Made by a program: the position numbers and the translations under genes. Below are positions 39,125 to 49,847 of a DNA stretch of 64,000 nt, one piece after another (position 1 is the stretch's first letter; the number at the start of each line of letters is the position of its first letter). The notes under the pieces were generated by a model, which was given only the letters and a program-made list of their open reading frames with translations, had not been told where the DNA came from and made no database searches. This DNA comes from Mustelus asterias (taxonomy: Eukaryota), in contig NC_135804.1 of the NCBI RefSeq assembly GCF_964213995.1, positions 58,900,001 to 58,964,000 of the forward strand. Reading direction: 5' to 3'.

Positions 39125-42100
39125 GGGCTAGTATTCTCACAAGAGAAATCTAAGTGTCCAACAGATGGGAGAATGGGAGATTTTCCCAACAGTCTTTTGG
39201 ATGTATTTAGTTTCACGAACCTCTGGCACCCTGTGCTCCACCAAGTGCCTCAGGGCGATTCACGCTAGTAAGTGGGGGTGGGGCCTCATCCTGCCTGAGA
39301 AGCTGGTACCGTAGAACTGAGTGGGCCACTGCACACACATTGATCTGTCAGTGGGGAAATCGGTGCATGTGCTTGGGCCCCACCATCCCTGGCCTCTGTA
39401 TTGTCAGCCTCCTTCTCCCAAATACCGGCCCCTTCTCCTGATCGGCAGCCCTCTTCTCCCAATCACCAGCCCTCTTCTCCTGATCACCGGCCTTCTTCTC
39501 CTAATCACTGGCTTCCCAATACCACCCCCGCCAGCCTACCTGAGCCCCATCCCACCACCACCAACCCCCCCCCACCTAATCGCCAACCTATCTGACTCAT
39601 CACCCTTGGTCAGCTCTAATCCCCCGCCCCCCCATGGGCAGCCCTGAACTGATCCCCCATGGCCAGCCCCGATCTCCCACCCCCATGTGCTGCCTCAATC
39701 ACCTCCTCCCTCCCTTCCTCACTGATCCCATTGCACAGCGAGTCCTCCCCACATCAAAGAACAAAGAACAAAGAACAGTACAGCACAGGAAACAGGCCCT
39801 TCGGCCCTCCAAGCCTGTGCCGCTCCTTGGTCCAACTAGACCAATCGTTTGTATTCCTCCATTCCCAGGCTGCTCATGTGACTATCCAGGTAAGTCTTAA
39901 ACGATGTCAGCGCGCCTGCCTCCACCACCCTACTTGGCAGAGCATTCCAGGCCCCCACCACCCTCTGTGTAAAAAACATCCCTCTAATATCTGAGTTATA
40001 CTTCGCCCCTCTCATCTCGAGCCCGTGACCCCTCGTGAACGTCACTTCTGATCTGGGAAAAAGCTTCCCACCATTCACCCTATCTATCCCCTTCATAATC
40101 TTGTACACCTCTATTAGATCTCTACTCATTCTCCGTCTTTCCAGGGAGGACAACCCCAGTTTACCCAATCTCTCCTCATAGCTAAGACCCTCCATACCAG
40201 GCAACATCCTGGTAAACCTTCGCTGCACTCTCTCTAATGCCTCCACGTCCTTCTGGTAGTGCGGCGACCAGAACTGGATGCAGTACTCCAAATGTGGCCT
40301 AACCAGCGTTCTATACAGCTGCATCATCAGACTCCAGCTTTTATACTCTATACCCGTCCTATAAAGGCAAGCATACCATATGCCTTCTTCACCACCTTCT
40401 CCACCTGTGTTGCCACCTTCAAGGATTTGTGGACTTGCACATCTAGGTCCCTCTGTGTTTCTACACTCCTGATGACTCTGCCATTTATTGTATAACTCCT
40501 CCCTACATTATTTCTTCCAAAATGCATCACTTCGCATTTGTCCGGATTAAACTCCATCTGCCACCTCTCCGCCCAATTTTCCAGCCTATCGATATCCTGC
40601 TGTATCGCCCGACAATGCTCTTCGCTATCCGCAAGTCCAGCCATCTTCGTGTCATCCGCAAACTTGCTGATTACACCAGTTACACCTTCTTCCAAATCAT
40701 TTATATGTATCACAAATAGCAGAGATCCCAGTACAGAGCCCTGCGGAACACCACTGGTCACAGACCTCCAGCCGGAAAAAGACCCTTCGACCACTACCCT
40801 CTGTCTCCTATGGCCAAGCCAGTTCTCCACCCATCTAGCCACTTCTCCTTGTATCCCATGAGCCTTAACCTTCTTAACCAACCTGCCATTTAGGACTTTG
40901 TCAAATGCCTTACTGAAATCCACATAGACGACATCCACGGCCCTTCCTTCATCAACCGTTTTTGTCACTTCCTCAAAAAACTCCACCAAATTTGTAAGGC
41001 ACGACCTCCCTCTTACAAAACCATGCTGTCTGTCACTAATGAGATTGTTCCGTTCTAAATGCACATACATCCTGTCTCTAAGAATCCTCTCCAACAACTT
41101 CCCTACCACGGACGTCAAGCTCACCGGCCTATAATTTCCTGGGTTATCCCTGCTACTCTTCTTAAACAACGGGACCACATTCACTATCCTCCAATCCTCA
41201 GGGACCTCACCCGTGTCCAAAGAAGCGACAAAGATTTCCGTCAGAGGCCCAGCAATTTCATCTCTCGTCTCCCTGAGCAGTCGAGGATAGATGCCATCAG
41301 GCCCTGGGGCTTTGTAAGTTTTAATGTTCCCTAAAAAACCTAACACTTCCTCTCTTGTAATGGAGATTTTCTCTAACGGGTCAACACCTCCCTCCGAGAC
41401 ACTCCCGGTTAACACGCCCCTCTCCTTCGTGAATACCGATGCAAAGTATTCATTTAGGATCTCCCCTATTCCCTTGGGTTCTAAGCATAATTCCCCTCCT
41501 TTGTCCCTGAGAGGTCCGATTTTCTCCCTGACAACTCTTTTGTTCCTAACATATGAATAGAATGCCTTAGGATTCTCCTTAATCCTGCCTGCCAAGAACA
41601 TCTCGTGACCTCTTTTTGCCCTTCTAACTCCCTGTTTGAGTTCTTTCCTACTCTCTCTGTATTCCTCCAGAGCTCCATCTGTTTTCTGTTGCCTGGACTT
41701 AACATACGCCTCCCTTTTCATTTTAATCAGATCCTCAATTTCCCTGGTTATCCACGGCTCTCGAATCCTACCTTTCCTATCTTTCCTTTTTACAGGCACA
41801 TGCCTATCCTGCAGCCTTATCAATAGTTCCTTAAAAGACTCCCACATGCCAGACGCGGACTTACCCTCGAACATCCTCTCCCAATCAACATCCACCAATT
41901 CCTGCCTAATCCGGCTATAGTTAGCCTTCCCCCAATTTAGCACCCTGCCCGTAGGACAGCACTCATCCTTGTCCATTACTATCCTAAAGTTAACAGAGTT
42001 GTGGTCACTATTTGCCACATGTTCCCCTACCGAAACTTTGACGACCTGACCGGGCTCATTTCCCAGAACTAGGTCTAGTATAGCCCCCTCTCTAGTCGGG

Positions 42101-44688
42101 CTATCTACATACTGTTCCAAAGAACCTTCCAGTACGCATTTTACAAATTCTTCCCCGTCCGGATCCCCAGCTCTAAGCACTTTCCAGTCTGTGCCAGGGA
42201 AATTAAAGTCCCCCACTACAACAACCCTATTTTTTCTGCACCTATCCAGAATCTCCTGACATATCCTTTCCTCCACTTCCCGTGGGCTGTTGGGTGGTCT
42301 GTAGTACACCCCCAGCATAGTGACTGCACCCTTCCTGTTTCTGAGTTCCACCCACAGCGACTCAGTACATGACCCCTCTAAGTTGTCTACCCTCTGCACC
42401 ACGGTAATATGCTCCTTAACTAATATCGCTACTCCCCCACCTTTTTTAGCCCCTCCTCTGTCTCGCCTAAAACACTTATACCCCGGAATATTCAGCTGCC
42501 AGTCCTGTCCTTCTTTTAACCAAGTTTCCGTCACCGCAACCACATCCAAATTCCGCATAAGCATTAAGGCCCTAAGTTCATCAGTTTTACCCGTTACGCT
42601 CCTCGCATTGAAGCAGATGCACTCCAGACCTCCAGGCCCACTCAGGTCATCCTCCTCCAGAGTGCTCCTCTTCTTAGCTAGCCTTGCTCTGGCCCCCAGC
42701 TCAACCCCAGCCTCAGTATTTACTGACCTACTGTTTTGTTCCCACCCCCCTGCCACACTAGTTTAAATCCTGCCGAAACACTCTAGCAAAACTCCCAGCC
42801 AGGATATTTGCTCCCTTCCAGTTAAGGTGTAACCCATCCTTTCTGTACAGTTGCCATCCTGACTTGAAGATTTCCCAGTTATCTATGAATTTAAAACCCT
42901 CCCTCTTGCATCAGTCCTTTAGCCACGCGTTCAACTGTAGAATCTCCCTGTTCCGAGCCTCACTTGCACTAGACACCGGGAGCAGTCCAGAGATTGCTAC
43001 CCTGGAGGCCTTACTTTTTAGCCTAGTACCCAACTCCCTGAATTTCTCTTGTATGACCCCCCTGCTCTTCCTACCTACATCATTTTCACCAATGTGTATA
43101 ATCACATCCGTTTGACTACATTCCTTTTTAAATATGCTTCCTACCCTCTCGGAGACATCCAGTACCCCAGCACCAGGGAGGCAGACTATCATCCTGGATT
43201 CTCGTTCACTCCCACAGAACCGCCTGTCCGTGCCTCTAACCATTGTGTCCCCCACAACTATCGCTCTCCTAAACCCTTTCTTTCCCTTCCGGACCCCTGA
43301 GCCTGTCTCCGTGGAGGTGATCTGGTCCTCGTGGCTTACCCCTGGAGGGTCATCCCCCTCCACAGAATCCAAAACAATATACCTATTTTGGAGGGGGACA
43401 ACCACAGGGGATCCCTCCACAGACTGCTCACTCCCTTCCCTTCTCCCATCTTTTGCCCATCCCTTTCTTTAATGGGAGACTGCCACTGGGGTACTTTCTG
43501 GCACATCACCCTTCTGACTATTACCCCTCCTAACTGTGACCCACGTGTTTTCCTTCCGAGACCCTGGTGTCACTACCTGACTATAACTTTTATCTATTAA
43601 TGTCTCATTTTCCCTAACTAAACTGAGTTCATCGAGCCTCAGCTCCAGCTCCCTTACACGATCCTTCAGGAGTTGCAGTTCCACGCATCTGGCACAGATA
43701 TGGACTTCCGGGAGGCAAGTTGTCTCCAGGAACTCCCACATCCCACACCGAATGCAGTATACTGGCCTCCCACTCATACCAGCCATGTCCTTTTTAGTTT
43801 TTGGGAGATAAAACAAAAAAGGGGGTGTAACAGAAGAAAAACAAACAACCTTCCTCGCCTTCGCTGAAGCCCTGTGAGCCAAAGCCCTTCCAGCTCACAC
43901 TCTGCTCCCTGCTCATTCCACTGCCCGATCCAGATGCTGCCCGCTCAAAAGTGTGGCCTGCTTTTAAACCCTCCAAAAAACCTCCCCGGGCTGCTCCTGG
44001 GCCTACTTCCTGTTTTGAAAAAAACCCTCCTTTTTAAATGAGCCCTTTTTAAACCTTCCCCAGGCTGCTCCTGGGCCTACTTCCTGTTTTGAAAAAAACC
44101 TCCGATTTTTAAGCCAAATTTAACTGAAAAATAAATGAATAAAATGCAGACACAATCTCTCTTACCCTCAGCCTGCTCCTGTGGAACAGGACTATCAACA
44201 CTGATAGTCCCCCTCAGTAGGTCCCATCTCTTCATTAGGCCCCGCCCTCCTCTGGCCCCGTGCCCTTGGCACTGCCCGGTGCCTGGTGGGCAGTGCCAGG
44301 GTGTCAGGCTGGTACTTCACAAAGGGCACCCCCCCTGCCCCCAACCTTCCGGGAGGGCTTCAATGACCTCTATCCCCACCAGCGGGGTGATCATGCCTGG
44401 TGCTCATTGATGGAGGCCAGTTGTAATCTGTGCTTGTGGGAACCTCTCCAGGTGTGGGGGAGACACTAACGAGCCCAGAAAATACCGTCCTGGGCTTGGT
44501 AATCATACTGAAATTGGAACTTCAACAACTTCGCGCCAATTTCCAGCAAATGGCTGATTACATTCAAAAATATTGCCTTGGAGACTTATGATCAGCCAGG
44601 CACCAGTCAGAAGTCCACTGTAGGCCTCCCGCTGATGTCTCCCTGCCTGGGCTACTCAAGCAGTGCAGCGGTCTGGGAGAATTGCCCC
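39125..44688. mobile_element. GC-rich MITE-like element split by the full-length LINE
   Basis: GGGCTAGTATTCTC ... GGGAGAATTGCCCC ends; internal similarity to 29148-30261 in reverse orientation. Confidence 0.6.
39757..44180 (-). mobile_element. Near full-length CR1-clade LINE (HER1-like): 5'UTR, ORF1 (Zn-finger, coiled coil, SGNH esterase), ORF2 (APE + RT), (TCTTTGT)n tail
   Basis: ORF1 43786->42758 has CxxC..CxxC, VVGDT, HIGEND, DGLHLN with two in-frame stops; ORF2 42756->39836 has TETW, GDFN, SDH, PQGSVLG, FADD with one frameshift near 40350; tandem ~45-bp repeat in the 5'UTR. Confidence 0.92.
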
Positions 44689-44914
44689 TGTGATGAGTTA
44701 GACATTAGGACTGCTAGAATCATCATGGACGCAGCAATTCAAGGAGAATGTGCACTGTAATCTTCTTGATGACAAATATAGCTTTGCCCACTCAATCCAC
44801 ATACTAAAAAGAATGTCTTGCTCTACACTCAGAGATTTAGAACTCTGACCCTTTTTGATGTTGTATATCTTGTGGTGCTGTTCATCATTTTGCTCGCAGA
44901 ATGCGGTAGAACAT

Positions 44915-46491
44915 AAATCGGGATTCTCCCAGCCCACTGTGCCTGGCCCATCACGAGTCTCCCAGGCCCTTTTCCATGCTGGAAATAGATGTGGGGCTGA
45001 TTAGCATATTGATTTCAATTTCAATATGATTAGCGGGCCCGGGACGGTAGACTCAGGGCACGCCAGAGTCTCCCCCAGTCCTGGGAGAAGTTCCCACCAG
45101 CGGGATTTATAACTGCTCCCCACCAATGGGAAAGTGGTGTGCTCACCCAGCTGGTGGGGATGAAGCCATAGAGGACCCCCCAGAGGTCAAGGGAGGGGAT
45201 GCCCCTTGGGCAGTGCTGGCTTGGCACCCTGGCACTGCCCATTGGGCACCATGCAGTGCCAAGGGGGTGGAGCCAGAGGAGGAGGGACACACTAGGGACG
45301 CGGAACCTACTGGTGGGGTGAGTGGTGGTGGTGGACGGGAACCCGCTGCAGCTCTGCAATGGGATTAATGGGGGAGGGATGAGGCGGCGATCGGGGCTGG
45401 CCATGGGGGAAGGATCGGGGCTGGCCTAGTGGGCCGGACTGGTAGGCTAGCGATCGGTGTGGGGGGCATCGGGAAGGCCTGTGATTGGGAGAGGCCAGTG
45501 CCCATGCACTAATCTCCCCACTGACAGATTGGCGCATACGCAGTGGTCCGCTGAGCACTTTGCTGCCATACTCTCAGGTGGGAATAGGCCCCGCCCCCTA
45601 GTTACCAACATGAATCTCCCTGCGGCACTCTGTGGAGAACAGGGGCTGTGATTTTACCGGTTTGCTGTGCGCACCTGGGACCTTGGCAATGCCCACTGGG
45701 CACCAAGGAGGTGTGGCCCACAGTGAGCGGGACATGAAGAGGCGGGACCTTTGCGGTAGGGCCTGAGTGGGCTGGCCCCATGGTGGGTGGGGACTGCAGG
45801 GCAGGGCATTTGGTGGCAGGACCTGAAGGGGCTGGGGCCTGAACAGCAAAGGGCCTGAAGGGCCATGGGGGCGGGGCCTGAAGGAGATGGGGCCAGTAGG
45901 GTGGGGCCTGGAGGGGTGGGGTCAGACTGGGGGCAGATCGGGGAGAGAGTGGGGTCCTGCTGTGGACTCTGAAGCTATGATGGGGGAGCCCACTGCTGCT
46001 CTGAAGCTGTGATCAGTGGGGGCGGGAAGGAGGGCCGCTGCACAGTCTGCATGCGCTTGGCGGTGGGGGACAGGGGGCCACACTGGCACTCTTTTGTGAT
46101 CGATGCGGGGGGGGGGGAATGGGAGGGCCGCTGCCATTCTGCATGCGACCAGCGGGAGTGGAATCGGTCTAGGCGGCGAGGCGGGGGCTATATTTTAGGG
46201 CAGTGTGGGACGTGTGATTGGCCATGGGCCCCTGTGATTGTGGGGGGGGGGGGGGGGGGTGGCAGGTGGTGCTGTGTTGATGCCTGGCGGTTCTCTGTCG
46301 CCGTCAGGCCTCTGCTTTTGGAATTGCGCATATGCAGATGCAGAGATCTGTGCATGTGCAATAGCTCCCTCTGCTTCCTGATTAGGCTGGTTGGCGAGTT
46401 TAGTGCACCCCACGGCCTGTGGTAGCTAGAAACAGTCTGGCCCATTTTATCATGCACATTGTGCACAACATTGGGAGTAAAAACTCGCCCC
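44915..46491. mobile_element. Cluster of related GC-rich MITE-like elements (probably nested)
   Basis: GGGATTCTCCC start, shared GGCACTGCCC and TGCGCATG blocks, AAAACTCGCCCC end. Confidence 0.5.
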
Positions 46492-47191
46492 AAAAAGGGA
46501 TTTGCAACTCTCCTATTATCACGCTAGCTGGACGGGGTTAGGCTGGAATTTTACCGTCCCGCCCACCACGGGAAGCAGAAACTGAATATATGCAGGGGCG
46601 AGCCATTGGTGTCTGGTAACTCCAGCAACCCAAAAAGAATGCATAAATGGCTGCTTACACCCTCTCTTCCTGTTGCCACCTGCTGCCCCATAACTAGCCT
46701 GCTAAATTCGTAGCAGGGAATTGATGGTTGTAGCCTTCTGGAATTTCAAAATCAATATTTTCCACCATTTATTGTGTATTTCTCACAAATGCATGATAGT
46801 GTTGTGCTTGAACTCTATAGAAAGACCCTCAGTCTATTGGTATTAGTAATCTTACCTTTCTGCAGCTGGTGCCTGAACCTTATTGGACTCAGCCAACTGG
46901 CACATATTACAACAGCACATTGAAAACTGCACAACCCTGAATCACAGGCAGATGGACATCAGCCAGAGTACCTGTGCTATCTCATTGTTCCTGTTGGATC
47001 TCCAAGATTTGTCTCTGTCTGAGCTATGTTTCCTTGGAGCGGCAAGGAATCAATTACTTCTATGTTACAGTGGGCACTGCCTGTACTGTTCTCTCCAGCT
47101 CATTCCATCTCACCTAGTACAGATTTGATACAAACATGTGGGCCGCATATTTCATTTTCCAAGTTGATTTTGAATATCACATTACATTAAA

Positions 47192-48770
47192 TTAAGAACA
47201 TAAGAACATAAGAAATAGGAGCAGGAGTAGGCCATCTAGCCCCTCGAGCCTGCCCCGCCATTCAATAAGATCATGGCTGATCTGACGTGGATCAGTACCA
47301 CTTACCCGCCTGATCCCCATAACCCTTAATTCCCTTACCGATCAGGAATCCATCCATCCGCGCCTTAAACATATTCAGTGAGGTAGCCTCCACCACCTCA
47401 GTGGGCAGAGAATTCCAGAGATTCACCACCCTCTGGGAGAAGAAGTTCCTCCTCAACTCTGTCTTAAACCGACCCCCCTTTATTTTGAGGCTGTGTCCTC
47501 TAGTTTTAACTTCCTTACTAAGTGGAAAGAATCTCTCCGCCTCCACTCTATCCAGACCCCGCATTATCTTATAAGTCTCCATAAGATCCCCCCTCATCCT
47601 TCTAAACTCCAACGAGTACAAACCCAATCTCCTCAGCCTCTCCTCATAATCCAAACCCCTCATCTCCGGTATCAACCTGGTGAACCTTCTCTGCACTCCC
47701 TCCAATGCCAATATATCCTTCCTCATATAAGGGGACCAATACTGCACACAGTATTCCAGCTGCGGCCTCACCAATGCCCTGTACAGGTGCATCAAGACAT
47801 CCGTGCTTTTATATTCTATCCCCCTCGCAATATAGGCCAACATCCCATTTGCCTTCTTGATCACCTGTTGTACCTGCAGACTGGGCTTTTGCGTCTCATG
47901 CACAAGGACCCCCAGGTCCCTTTGCACGGTAGCATGTTTTAATTTGTTTCCATTGAGATAGTAATCCCATTTGTTATTATTTCCTCCAACGTGTATAACC
48001 TCGCATTTCTCAACGTTATACTCCATTTGCCATATCCTCGCCCACTCACTCAGCCTGTCCAAATCTCTCTGCAGATCTTCTCCGTCCTCCACACGATTCA
48101 CTTTTCCACTTATCTTTGTGTCGTCTGCAAACTTCGTTACCCTACACTCCGTCCCCTCCTCCAGATCATCTATATAAATGGTAAACAGTTGCGGCCCGAG
48201 TACCGATCCCTGCGGCACGCCACTAGTTACCTTCCTCCAACCGGAAAAACACCCATTTATTCCGACTCTTTGCTTCCTGTCGGATAGCCAGTCCCCAATC
48301 CACTTTAACACACTACCCCCAACTCCGTGTGCCCTAATCTTCTTCAGCAGCCTTTTATGGGGCACCTTATCAAACACCTTTTGGAAATCCAAAAACACCG
48401 CATCCACCGGTTCTCCTCCATCAACCGCCCGAGTCACATCTTCATAAAAATCCAACATGTTCGTCAAGCACGACTTTCCCCTCATGAATCCATGCTGCGT
48501 CTGATTGATCAAACCATTTCTATCCAGATGCCCTGCTATCTCCTCTTTAATAATGGATTCCAGCATTTTCCCTACTACAGACGTTAAGCTGACCGGCCTA
48601 TAGTTACCCGCCTTTTGTCTCCTTCCTTTTTTAAACAGCGGCGTAACATTAGCCGTTTTCCAATCAACCGGCACTACCCCAGAATGCAACGAGTTTTGAT
48701 AAATAATCACTAACGCATCCACTATTACCTCTGACATTTCTTTCAATACCCTGGGATGCATTCCATCCGT
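47192..48770 (-). mobile_element. Young 5'-truncated CR1/HER1-type LINE with intact RT frame
   Basis: 495-aa uninterrupted ORF with PQGSVLGP and FADD; (TTCTTATG)n tail. Confidence 0.93.
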
Positions 48771-49709
48771 TATTTTCAATGTTATTGAAAATAGTATATT
48801 GGATCAGCCTCTGGTCTATATTTCTATAGCACTTGGGGCGAATGGGAAGAAAGGTTATTGGGAAAAAACTGGATTAGGCTATTGAGTTGGATGATCAGCC
48901 ATGATCGTAATGAATGGCGGAGCAGACTCGAAGGGTCAAATGGCTTCCTCCTGCCCCTATCTTTTATGTTTCTATGTACTCTAGTGATCTTTCCTCTCTA
49001 ACAGTAGAACCTGTGTCCCTGTGCAGATTAGCTTGTCTGTCTCTCTGATGGAAATGGGCTACTTTAAAGAATAATTTTGGAAGCAGCTTCATTCAGTGCA
49101 TTTTATGGAGTTTCGGGCGCAGGGGCTTTCCTCATCCCTCTCTATTCTGTGACCGAAAAGACCGTGATTCAGATAGTATTTACAGCGAATGATTGCTGCC
49201 ACCTCAGGCAGTCACTCGGTGACAATGGACTTTGAAAGGCAACTGTTAAATTTGTTACACAATAGAAATGAATACTCATTTTTCAAAAGTTGAATCGATT
49301 GACACTTCCTTGGAGTTCAAGCGACTCCTCGTGAAATTGTATGATACAAACCATGCACGCGGCATTTTAAGAACGATCACAAGTTGACATTACAAAATGT
49401 CGATGCCAATTAGTTGCTAATATCACAATAAGATCACCCTGCACATTTGAAATCCGGAAGACGGGTAGATTTTCAACTTGTCGACAACCTCAGACTGGTT
49501 TTGGAAATCTTGCCCTGGTCACGGAAAGCAGCCGATATTGGATTGGTTCTATAATAGTCCAACGAGCAATTCTGCCAGTTATGATGTTCTAGATAGTTAG
49601 CCTGGCTGCAATCAATGTAAACAGTAATGGATGCATTTTAAGATTTATAATCGAATAGTCTGATCCTGCACTCATAAATATCTCACACCTGCAAACAGTA
49701 TTTAGATTC

Positions 49710-49847
49710 TCAACTTCTTTCTTTCTTTGTCACGTTCACTTCAGCATACACTGCGCGTTTGTTTTGTTTAAGTTTTGATGGGTCCTTGGAATCAGCAAGC
49801 TGCAAGGCGGCATAAGTCAGCTTGTTATCTCCACCTCTTTGTTTAGT
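49710..49847 (-). CDS. Gene A terminal exon (ITIM LTYAAL; AVYAEV), stop TGA
   Basis: TTTCACAG| TKQRGGDNKLTYAALQLADSKDPSKLKQNKRAVYAEVNVTKKERS*. Confidence 0.85.
   Translation of the reverse strand, partial: TKQRGGDNKLTYAALQLADSKDPSKLKQNKRAVYAEVNVTKKERS

Noticed and set aside
40259-43867. Plus-strand ORFs over LINEs (also 47493-48587)
   Set aside because: Antisense shadows of RT/endonuclease coding sequence.
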